DNA from: Marsupella aquatica
Lineage: Eukaryota > Plantae > Marchantiophyta
Direction of reading: 5' to 3'
DNA: 64,000 bases
Assembly: GCA_973895155.1 (NCBI GenBank)
Contig: OZ316896.1
Span: 16,852,754-16,916,753, forward strand
The stretch's first letter is position 1, and each line of letters starts with the position of its first letter. Under the pieces are notes generated by a model that worked only from the letters and a program-made list of their open reading frames with translations, made no database searches and was not told where the DNA came from. A program made the position numbers and the translations under genes. Positions 20,901 to 31,230 of the stretch are shown one piece after another.

Positions 20901-23900
20901 CAATACCATTGGACAACCCCGTGCTGCTTGGCCTACATTTGTGTCCTTTCCAGGTGCACATGCTTTTCAGGGTGATGGTCCTGGTCTGGTTTATCGACAT
21001 TCTACCGGTACATGGGATGAACCTAGTCCTGAGGAGAGAGAACGGGCTATGGGCTTCCAACCCGGTACTACAGGTCACACCAAAATCACCAGGCTGGCCA
21101 GGAATGCTTTACTTGGCAGGGTAATGGATCTCAATGCTCTCACTTGGCTTCTGGTCACTTGCATCCTTTTTCAGATGTACATTCCTCCAGCATTAGGAGC
21201 TCCAGCCTTACCACTCCACAGTGCTGCTGCATGGCATCCAGACCAGGTGCACTTACCTCTGTCCAACACTCACCACTTCAGTCCAAGTGTTGGGGGGGGA
21301 GGAGGTCCCTTGTAATGCGGCTGACATTATTTATGAGTTTCATGGTGTGGACCACTTCGGATCAGCAGGTACAACAGGCCTTGGAGAGGCCTCATCACCT
21401 TATCAGCAGCATGCTAGCAGCTTGGACAGTGGAGAGGCTGGCACTTCTGGCTCTTCAAGTACGAGTACATCAGGTCCTATTCCTAGTGTTGCCAACTACA
21501 CATTTATCATGGGCAACCACCTGAGTAAAAGACAGAAGGACCAGCTGCTGAATTTGCTCCTCAAGCATGAGAATGTGTTTGCTTTCTCTATGAAGGACTT
21601 GGGTAAGTGCAAGACTATGCAGTTCTCCATTGAGTTGGCTGATGAAACACCTATCTTCAGGCGGAGACACCGTTTGAGTAAGCATGAGTGGCAGCTGGTG
21701 GATGAGAGGTGCCAAGAGCTCTATGAAGCTGGTCTTATTCAGCCATCTACATCAGATTTTGCGGCAGCTACAGTGATGCCAGCAAAGAAGGATTCCAGTG
21801 GATTGTGGACAGAGAAGCGCATGTGTGGGGACTACAGGCCATTGAACCTGGTCACACCCCAGGACAGGTACCCCATGCCATGGCCAGAGGAGCTATTTGA
21901 CAGCATTGGAGACTCAGACATCTTCACTCTTGTGGATCTAAGGCAAGCCTTTAACCAGATTTTGCTACTTGCAAAGGACCGCAAGAAAACAGCTTTCCAT
22001 GGCAGTAACCAACTATGGGAGTGGTTGGTGATGCCATTTGGCTTGAAGAATGCGCCCATATTCTTTCAAAGAGTCATGGACCAGGTTCTTCAAGGTGCTG
22101 AGTTTCTGAAATGCTACATTGATGATGTGTTGGTCCACAGCAAAGGATTTGACCAGCATCTACTTGACCTTGAGGAGCTATTCATGAGGCTTAAGAAGGT
22201 GAACCTAAAGATACACCCCAAGAAGTGTGAATTTGCTGTCAGATCAGTAGTATACCTTGGGCACCGCATTCTTCCAAATGGAACCATGGCTCACTGGGCC
22301 AAGGTGGTATCCATCTTGGAAATGCCCACTAGCCTCGAGATGTGAGGGGTAATTCTCCAGCCAAATCACATGACCAGCGATAAAACATGCCCTGAATAGG
22401 GAGTGGATGAAGTGTGGGTTGCCGAGATGTGAAAGAAGTCCTCACCCTATCACACTGTTCACACCGGGCAATAACATCTCGAACCTGGCCATGCATGCCT
22501 CTCCAATGATAATGAGGGACCAAGAGGCTGTAAGTCCTCTTAATGCCAAAATGACCAAGCTCAGAATGTACCTTATGGATAAGGCCAACCCTCTCATGAA
22601 TGGTTGGAACCATCACTTCCCTGTCTGGCAAGCAGCGCACGAGATGATCTCCCTTCCACAAGTAGCGCTTGGACCTTCGCTGAATTCAGTCTCTCTGGGC
22701 AGCAGTAACATGTGTGGGTAACTCCCCATGCTGCAGAAATCTCAGAGTGTCGTTGTCCTCCCATATGTCCACCACAGGTTGGTCAACAACATAGCATGGC
22801 AGCAAAGCAAGATAGGTAGATGCATGAAATGTAGGCAGGATGGAAACCTGGTCAAAATCCTGCCGTGCATCTGAGGAATCATTAGAGGTAATCAAAGGGC
22901 TACGGGACATAGTGTCAGCATTCTGATGTGTCACACCAGGCCTATGAATTACCTCAAAGTCATACTCCTGGAGTATGAGCGCCCAACGAGCAAGCTTGCC
23001 AGTAAGCTTGTCATTGTTCATCAACCACTTCAAGGGCTGGTGGTCGGTGTAGAGGACAAACCTGGTCCCATAGAGGTAGGGTCTGTAATGTATGACAACC
23101 CACACAACAGCAAGGCATTCACCCTCATACGAAGAATAATGACTCTCTGCCTGATTGTTGCTCCTGGATGCATAGGCAATGACGTACTCTTTACCTTCCT
23201 CATCATGCTGGCCCAGAATGGCACCAATCCCAAGGGCACTCCAATCTGTGTGTAGCACAAAGACCTTGCTGAAATCAGGTCTTCTCAGCACCGGGTATTC
23301 TGAGAGCTTCTCCTTCAAAGTGGCAAATGCTGCCTCAGCATCTGTACTCCATGTCCAAGTCACATTCTTTTTCAACAAAGCATACAATGGATGTGCAATG
23401 GTGCTGAAATCTTTGATGTAGATCCGGTAGTAATTGCACAACCCAATAAAACTCCTCAAAGTGTGAACATCGGTAGGAGTATAATCTCTACATCATGATC
23501 ATGATAGAGCATTTCTCCAAGTGGATAGAACTTGTGGCATTGCCGGATAAGACCTCCCGTAGCACCAGGCAGGCATTCCTGCAACAAGTTCTCAGCCGCT
23601 TTGGAGCTTGTGCAGAATGTCTCATTGACCAGGGCTCAGAGTTTAGAGGAGAGTTCCAGGAGCTGCTTGATCAGGCCCTCATTGATCATCGCCGGACATC
23701 ACGAGATCACCCACAGGCAGATGGCTTGGCAGAGCGCATGGTTCAGACATGCAAGAAGGGTCTCCGGAAGATCTGCCTCACCAAAAACAAGGAGGATTGG
23801 GACCTGGCCTTACCCTACATTGCCATGGGGTATAGGATGTCCAGACATGCATCACTGTCTAACTTTTCTCCCTACTTCTTGTTGTTTGGTCGTCACCCAG

Positions 23901-24493
23901 TTCCACCTTCTGCTATTGCTGCTCACATGCTTCAGGTGGTGGACTTGGATTCAGCTGTGACTTGGTCTGATGTGATCTCTGAGAGGGCTGCCCTATTCAA
24001 GAGGGTTATGCCCATGGCCATGGAGAATTTGGCCATTGCACAGCACAGGGACACACTGTGTTATGCACACACACGAGGGGGCACTTTTCAGCCCAAGGTC
24101 AGGAAGTTTGATGTGGGAGATTTTGTGTACTTGCAGCGGCAAGCTAACGACAACCTGGACACCTCTACCAGTCATACTATTCTCAGGGTTAAAGCTATTC
24201 GACCGTCTGGAGTGCTAGAGTTACAAGGGGCAGATGGGCGCACAATTGCTGACAATGCTAAGAATTGTGCCCCTTGTCATCTGCCTAACCTAGATCCCAC
24301 CATTGTGACTTCTACTTGGATTCCACCTGTGGACTACCCTTGCAAGGTGTGTTTGCGAATTGATGATGCTGACCAGATGCTGCTGTGTGACAATTGCAAT
24401 GGAGGGTACCATCTTTTCTGCCTTCGGCCTGAACTTACCCAGGTGCCAGAAGGGTTATGGTTTTGCCCTTCTTGTGCTCCACGTGCTACCTGA
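17932..24493 (+). pseudogene. Outer element gag-pol, 3' part; pseudogenised
   Basis: Collinear with the inner ORF. Stops at 18378 and 19976, plus 22686 within the inversion. Frameshifts near 18770, 20803 and 21295. Internal inversion at ~22333-23480. DNMT domain at ~20200-21170. Confidence 0.92.
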
Positions 24494-24525
24494 ATTTTCT
24501 TCAGCCCTCCTTTTGGCTGTGGTCT

Positions 24526-24532
24526 GGGGGGG
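24526..24532 (+). promoter_or_regulatory. Polypurine-tract-like G7 (outer); inner equivalent at 8830-8836 (-)
   Basis: G7 run ~33 bp after the pol stop, immediately abutting B1 in both copies. Confidence 0.7.
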
Positions 24533-24706
24533 ATACAGAGGTTTACACCTCCACTACGTACATACCACTTCATTTGCTTTCTTGGCACTTGTGAATGTGA
24601 TTGGACTTTTTCTATGCATGTTGGTTGCTAGCAACTTGCACATATGCCTTGCCGGTGACTTGTATGTTTTCGATACACTATGGCTACGATACTATATGTC
24701 ACGACA
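24533..24706 (+). repeat. Outer element repeat B1 (~174 bp)
   Basis: Starts ATACAGAGG right after a G7 tract and ends TGTCACGACA. Repeated at 25067-25224. Confidence 0.92.
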
Positions 24707-24708
24707 GC

Positions 24709-25066
24709 TGTCATGCCGAGGGACAGTGCCTCTTATGCACATCGGCATGTCCCTCGCCTGCCCGCTAGGTATGTAGTTAGGGCTAGTGTACTACCTGAGT
24801 TAGCGACATGTTCTTGTAGCAAGTCTGGGCCGTTCTTGAAGCAAATGTGCTTGTTAGTGTGACGCCAGGACTTTGCTTGCTTAGGGCATGTCTTTCTTTG
24901 TGGGTTTTCAGTTCTTCTTGAATCGCTGTCGACAGAGCTCAGACAGTGCTCGTCGGTTCCATACACGGGATTCACACAGTGATTCGTTAGATGCTCCCGG
25001 CCGATCTTGGCATCCCGCCGGTTTTCGATTCGATTTTAGTACACTTGTTTCTCTTACGCCTTTTAT
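24709..25066 (+). repeat. Outer element repeat A2
   Basis: Copy of 5681-6038, separated from B1 by the dinucleotide GC. Confidence 0.92.
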
Positions 25067-25224
25067 ATACAGAGGTTTACACCTCCACTACGTACATACC
25101 ACTTCATTTGCTTTTTCTTGGCACTTGTGAATGTGATTGGACTTTTCTATGCATGTTGGTTGCTAGTAGCTTGCACATATGCCTTGCCGGTGACTTGTAT
25201 GTTTTCGATACATATGTCACGACA
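25067..25224 (+). repeat. Outer element terminal repeat B2
   Basis: Copy of B1 with a ~17-bp deletion near the CGATAC repeats. Ends ...CACGACA followed by the TSD. Confidence 0.9.
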
Positions 25225-27220
25225 TATATCCAATCTATTGCCTGACAAAGTTTGCGACTTCTGGAAGATCATTTGTTCCAATACCAATGAACACAAAGAT
25301 GGTCAAATATTCTAAATCACAAGTTCACTTAACACTTGGAAATTTCATCTGGGTCAACTGAAAAATGGTGTTGCTAAGCAATGGCATGACATTTTGACGT
25401 CTTTCATGTTCAAGGTTGTCAGATTGTCAAGCTACCAAGGGGACAATTTGGTAATGTAATAGAAACAACTTTTAAGTACATTGTCATTAAAGATGTTTGA
25501 ATTTACAATACTGCCACTTTTGTTTTTGTATTTACAAAAATGCCACAATTTTCGTATATAGTTACCTTGGTAAACTTGTCATCCGTATGTCAAACCGTGA
25601 CATTTTTATAAATACAGAAAAAATAATGACAATATTGTAAATTAGAACATTTTTAGTGGCAAAGTGATTAAAAGCTGGTAATATAAATTGGGGTGCAAAT
25701 GGTATGGAGACCATTTACAGGTCAAATTTGAGTCAAAAGTGTAAACAATGTTCTGAAAGTCCATTCAAGTTTTATCCTTTGGGCTTAATAGACAACCTGG
25801 AGGTCCATCCCAGTTCAGTTTTAGTTCTTACCACATTATTTACTGTCTTGAACTACAAAATACATCATAATAACTTTTCAGTCTACAAATAAATACTCGT
25901 CTGATTTTGAGACCCTCAATATATACTTTAACTTAAACAAAATAATATTCCTGGAGTTTTGAGCCATTCCAATTTTTTTTAATTGGACTAAATTCTTCTA
26001 GGATTCTGAGCCCTACCAGCAGGCTGGTGGGCTAGACTTTCATACCACTCCTTTATTTTCCTCCCAAATACACCTTGTAGTTATTGATAGTAATTCAGCA
26101 TGGCACTCATGGAGTCTTAGGTTCAATGTTCAATGAGGGGTGACTTTTTAGCATCTTCTTCAAGGAGACACAACCCTTATGTGGGCAGATTAATTAAATC
26201 TACAAATATAATAAGGGATCCCATTTTTTTAGTCCTTTGTCCCAATACAAAAAACTTCTGGGTAGGAAAGATCCACAACCATTGGATTTGATTAGTTGTT
26301 TCCCCTGACCATTGATGGAAAAAATGTCCACCCGTGGCACATATGTGCTTCCCACTGCCCCATAAATGCCCTGGCTCGAATCCCTATGGGCAGGCCCTCC
26401 TTGCACAGTGCAACACACTGGCATAGGGCTCGTGATTCATAATTCTCCATGAAAAATGGTCAATCATCCCCTTCAAAGCTAAGGGGGTGTAAAAAGTAAA
26501 ATTAGTTCGTGGACCCCCACCTGTTTTTATTCGATTGAGATTGAAAAGTGGATAGTTCGCTAAGTTCGAGGCTATAGAATCTCAATACATGGAGGCATTT
26601 CAACTGTAGCTATTTAATGTATAGTATAAGTTAGTTTCCTTGCTCGTGAAGGAAAAAATGGTGAATGCCCTAATCATAGGCGCTTTGGTGCAAGTCTTGG
26701 CCAAACTACTTGACACTGAACATGAATTTTGAGGTGCCAGTTTAGGGACAGCATTGCAATTGCCAAGTGGCCGTCGTCAGCAAGTTTGGCTATAAATGAC
26801 TTTGAAAGTGTATGTTGCTGACTTCAATTCCTGAAAGCACATGATATTACAGTCCCCAAGGGCGAAGAGTCTATTATTGAGCACTGATTCCATGCTGAGG
26901 ACAAATCCGTTCCTAACTCGACTCCACATGTTTACAGTTTTCGCCCGAGAATGACAATTAATTACTCAGTGTGTTTGACAAGGAGGTGCTCATAAGAAAG
27001 TTGACCTTGTTCGATCGATCTGCTTTTGTCTTTTTCTTTTGCTCAGGTCGCTGCCTTACAGCTCTTCTCTGCCCCGATCGTGTATGGCCCACTCGAACAA
27101 AAAAATCTATCTTGAAAAACATGGTGGGAAATCTCAGGGCGCAGTAAAGTTAAGAGCCACCAACACGCTGCCGAGAGGGAACTCCAACTTACACAAAAAG
27201 CTTCACAAAGGTGAATCTAC

Positions 27221-30200
27221 TGTCACGTCGTAGGCTTCGGCCTTAACTCAGACTTCAGCTTAGACGGGCACATCCCTCGTAAATCTGAGGGTTTGGGCAG
27301 GAAGGGAAGCACGTAATGCACCTTATTCTCGTAAACTAGCGCTAAGTGCGCATACTGCTAAATACGGACACCTCCTAGGTATGGTTTGTGTTCCGCCGCC
27401 GGAACGTACCTTAGTCGATAGCAGCATCGACCCCGGCTTAAGGGCTTCTAAGCCTTCGTGCTGTCCGCCTTCGATCCGGATTCGATGATACAGGTCCTCA
27501 ACCCGTGCTTGCAACCACTTACCCGCAGGCTGCACCCTGTGCACGTCTCGGGTAGTGCGTTCGGCCTGGCGCTGCCACCCATATACGAGAAACCCACACA
27601 CATATGCGCACACATGCATACAATCTCGATTTACACGAAGGAAAAATGATGGGAAAGGATTTTACTACAAAGGGAACATATGCGTACACTTAGTTGACAC
27701 GACAGCCCTGGAATGCACAGGTTCAAGGCCAAGGGTGCACACTACAACGGAGCCCGGCTCCGCACTCGCCCGACGAGCTTAGTCCTACCCCCTCCCCTTG
27801 GTACTCTGTCATTCCCAGAGGTCGGGACTCCCCGCATGTCCCGCGGATGTCCGACTCTGAAACTAAAAACCCCCCCCCTTGCCTCTACCGAGGGGTGCAC
27901 TAAATACTAAGAGCCGAGGAACGGGGCGTCCTCCTGCCGAAGATCCGCTGACCAAGGTCCTAACTAAGCTGACAGTCAGGCCGGAAAACGGCTGTGTCTT
28001 ATTAGAAGATCCTAATCTATGCAGGCTGGACAGCAGGGCAGCGCTGCTGTACCTAAGGCAGGTGCCTATCCCAAGAGCCTAACTAAGCCAATCCTAATCC
28101 TAATCTATTCCTACTCCGCCGCTAATGCCTGGCACGCTTGCCAGAGCCGCCCGAATGGGAACGGCCATCCCGCTGCCTTCGAAGCCTGTCATTGTCCGCT
28201 TTGAGGAGCTGGACCTGGTCCAGCAGAGATTCGTTCTCTCGCCTCGCCGCGTCCGTCTCCTCTGCTGCCTCCTGACATGCCTCCTCCAGCTGCTGGGCGT
28301 CGCTCGTCAGTTTACTCGCCAGCTGGTCCTGCTTCTCGGCCTCGGTTTGGAGCCGCGCCATCTCGGCCTGCAGCGTGGCTATCTCCGTCGCGTCCCGCTG
28401 GGCTCGCTCCTCGGCCTCCTCCAGGTCTTTCTGCCAGGTGACAGCTTGTTTCTTCAAACTGTCAATCTGGTTCCGGAGTCGTGTAATCTCGGCCTCGTTC
28501 CCAGCTTTGGCCTGTTCGGCTAGGGCGGTAAGAGCGTACGCCTTTGCTAACAACTCATCGGCGGCTGCAACCTTGGGTCGTAGTTGCAGAAGCTCAGCCT
28601 CTTGAGCCGCCACTTCGTTCTTTAGGTACACGGACTCCACCCGGTACCGCTCTATCCTCTGAAGGGCCTCCGACTGGGCCCGACCTGCCTTTACGGCGGC
28701 AACCAACTCCTGATTGAAGAAACAGGCTACCTTCCGGGCCATGAACTCCCCGGTATCCCGGGCAATTTGATGAGAGAAATCTCCCAGAAGCCCGTTCAGA
28801 AACGTACCCTGTACGAAGAGTTCCGGGTGGTCCAAGTTGTGCCTGTCCGGATTTGGGCACGGGCAGACATCAACACGTGCAGGGGCCGGGGCAGTGACGT
28901 CCAGCCCTGGGGACATAACGTTGGAAGGGGCTGGAGTGTCCTCCTGCAGCGATGTCCGGTTCTCCGAAATTGCCACCGGCGGGTCCTTGGGAGACCCGGG
29001 TTCGGGTAAGACCTCTGCCGTACCAACTTCTGTACTTAGCCCGGCTAGTTGGGTCGCATCAACGGTTGCGATGACCGACCCCTCCGACGCCTCCTCGGTT
29101 ACGATTACAGCTATTTGTGGAGGTGGGGTGGGTGAAGCTGGCGTGTCCACTGGACTTTGGGCCTCGGGTTGGGGCCGTCTCTCCAATGCCGGAAAAACCC
29201 ACCTAGCTGGGACCAGCTTTGTAACGTTGATGCGGGGAAGGGTTCGTCGATCAAACCGGGCGTACCACTCAAGAATGATTTCAATGTGGCTAGCGAAATA
29301 CGCTTTCCCGCCAATGTACAGCGTCTTCCTTCGCCGCTCCATCTCTTCATGGAATTTCTTAGCGAAGTATGACGCCCATTTCCTAGGTCGATAGTTCTCG
29401 ACCTGGATGACCTGGGCGGCGGAGATCTCCCCCCGGGGTTCCATCATGTGGAGAGCATACCTCTGGAACTCCAGCCACTCAGCTATCTCGGGCATGAGGC
29501 AGGTCCTCATCACGAACCCGTTGTCCACTGATCCCTCTGAGGGAAAACTTGAAGATTGGTACTTGGCCCCCTTGCCCCCGGGAGCCCGTGATTCGACTCG
29601 ATGGTCACCTTCGGGTAACCCGAAGATCATCTTGAGCCGTTCTTCTGTGAGGGACATATTCCTTCCCCGCAGCCGAGTCTGTTGACGTACGTCATCATAA
29701 TTCTTGACGAATTCTGTCATGTCCTCCCCGTAGTACCTGCAAGTGTTCCAGGGGAGAGAGGCGAGGTGCTCAAATCCCTGAGTCTTCAGGTACACCGCAT
29801 GCTTGGGATGGAGGATGTTGCTGTGAACGTTTTCCCCCATGCGATGCATCGTTACCTTGGCTACGGCTACCGTGGCCAACGGTAACCCGGATGCACTGGC
29901 GGATTCCTTCCTCTTCTTTCCCCGTGACTGACTCGGGGAAGGTGATACTTCCCCATCCTCCCGATCGGGCCTGGGGAGTGCCACTGCGGTTGGTAACGGG
30001 CCCGGGGCGGCCACGGTCACCATGTTGTCTGCTGGGGCCGCTCCTGGGGTCAGAGCAGGGGGTGGGGACGATATAGTGTCGGCCCCCCGAGCGCTTGTTC
30101 CTCTGGGCCGCCTGGTCAAGGGTGGGGTAGCCTCGTCGTCATCGCTAAGATCCACAGCGTTGATGACGGAGCGTACCTGTGCTGGCTGGGTGATAGGTGG

Positions 30201-31230
30201 TGGGGTTTGGTTAGGCTGCGGCTGAGGCTGAAGCTGAAGCTGAGGTTGCATGAGCACGGGTACGGGTACGGGTACGGGTCCGGCTGAGTTGGTCATGTTG
30301 GTTGATGGCCGAGTTCCCATGAAGCTCTGTAGGTGCTGGTAGAAGTTCTCCGAAGCGAGTGCGGACGCCCTTGTCGAACGGTTGGTACTGGACTCGCCGT
30401 TAATGACAGCCCGAACCTGGGCAGGGATGTGGTCGAAGTGATGTCGCTGCAGGTCGATTGTACCCAGGATATTGAAGACCTCGTCCGGAAGCCGAAGCAA
30501 TGCTTCCCAGAACCCGATATATTTGTCTCCGTTGAAGAAGTACCCAGATACCTCAGCTGGTCGGTAAAGCTCGCTCTGAGATGGGTAGTCAAAGTTAAGG
30601 ACGTAGTGGTGTCGTCCTGCTAGGCGGATGGCTCTCTCGTATTCGCGTTCGATCTCGTATCGGTGCGGGTTGGCGTGTTTCAATGAATCGGCCAAGTGCC
30701 TTCCGGTAGATAGGAACTGCGTCCAGAATCGAATGGCCGAGCTGGAGAGGATCGTGTGCGACATTCAGAGGAGATAGTAGTGGCGACCTAGAGAGAACGA
30801 GAGAGCTGGGGTCGAAGCTGGCACGCGGACTGATGGACTGGTGCACTACAAAGGGTTGGCTCCCCTTTTATACTTTGAGGGCTTGTCGATCCCCGACGTC
30901 TCCTTGACGCCCATAGGTTGAACCGCTCACGCTTGTGGTGTACCGGCCACTCCGCCGGTCTGAGTCAGCGTGCGTCAGTGGCCGCTTCCTTAAGTTCGTT
31001 ATACGGACCCGAGGGAGGGGCCCCTCCACGCTCGTAACCCGGGTGTGCGAATAGCGATCCTCCGCCAGCCCGAACCTGAAGTCCCCCTTATTGCCTAATG
31101 ATGTCCTACCCCTAATGATTACCTAAATACTGTCGTTATACTAATAATAGCGGCCTAAGACCCACCTAATGCGCGTGCCGAGCGCAGTTAGACTGAATCA
31201 CTCATTAACCGCCGTACCGGCGGCGTCACA
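27221..31230 (-). mobile_element. 4.0-kb TG...CA LTR-like unit (giant solo LTR or internally deleted LTR element) carrying an ORF
   Basis: Ends TGTCACG...CGTCACA with a 5-bp TSD TCTAC at 27216-27220 and 31231-31235. No paired LTRs and no gag/pol seen. Confidence 0.8.
28122..30764 (-). CDS. 880-aa intronless retroelement accessory protein: Pro-rich linkers, plant-transposon-protein-like central domain, C-terminal coiled coil
   Basis: Uninterrupted ATG ORF. EFVKNYD...LRGRNMSLTEERLKMIFGLPEG resembles the EFYAN..VRG..I...LG.P signature of Athila/Tat extra ORFs. Heptad-rich C-terminus. TATAAAA on the minus strand at 30866-30872. Confidence 0.75.
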   Translation of the reverse strand: MSHTILSSSAIRFWTQFLSTGRHLADSLKHANPHRYEIEREYERAIRLAGRHHYVLNFDYPSQSELYRPAEVSGYFFNGDKYIGFWEALLRLPDEVFNILGTIDLQRHHFDHIPAQVRAVINGESSTNRSTRASALASENFYQHLQSFMGTRPSTNMTNSAGPVPVPVPVLMQPQLQLQPQPQPNQTPPPITQPAQVRSVINAVDLSDDDEATPPLTRRPRGTSARGADTISSPPPALTPGAAPADNMVTVAAPGPLPTAVALPRPDREDGEVSPSPSQSRGKKRKESASASGLPLATVAVAKVTMHRMGENVHSNILHPKHAVYLKTQGFEHLASLPWNTCRYYGEDMTEFVKNYDDVRQQTRLRGRNMSLTEERLKMIFGLPEGDHRVESRAPGGKGAKYQSSSFPSEGSVDNGFVMRTCLMPEIAEWLEFQRYALHMMEPRGEISAAQVIQVENYRPRKWASYFAKKFHEEMERRRKTLYIGGKAYFASHIEIILEWYARFDRRTLPRINVTKLVPARWVFPALERRPQPEAQSPVDTPASPTPPPQIAVIVTEEASEGSVIATVDATQLAGLSTEVGTAEVLPEPGSPKDPPVAISENRTSLQEDTPAPSNVMSPGLDVTAPAPARVDVCPCPNPDRHNLDHPELFVQGTFLNGLLGDFSHQIARDTGEFMARKVACFFNQELVAAVKAGRAQSEALQRIERYRVESVYLKNEVAAQEAELLQLRPKVAAADELLAKAYALTALAEQAKAGNEAEITRLRNQIDSLKKQAVTWQKDLEEAEERAQRDATEIATLQAEMARLQTEAEKQDQLASKLTSDAQQLEEACQEAAEETDAARRENESLLDQVQLLKADNDRLRRQRDGRSHSGGSGKRARH

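Larger units (their letters stand above)
5681..25224 (+). mobile_element. Outer Gypsy-type retroelement with DNMT and PHD domains and split direct repeats; degenerate, interrupted by a nested copy
   Basis: Termini TGTCATG...CACGACA (6/7 inverted match), flanked by TATA at 5677-5680 and 25225-25228. Contains gag (7379-8147, 17932-18380) and pol fragments up to the stop at 24493. Confidence 0.93.

Noticed and set aside
24709-25224. Reading A2+B2 as a normal TG...CA 3' LTR with a truncated 5' LTR
   Set aside because: The PPT abuts B1 rather than A2, the PBS-like site follows A1 directly, and both independent insertions show the same layout with intact TSDs.
5681-25224. DIRS/Ngaro (tyrosine recombinase) classification
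   Set aside because: No recombinase ORF was seen. Protease, a Gypsy-type RT/RNase H, a DDE integrase and TSDs are present.
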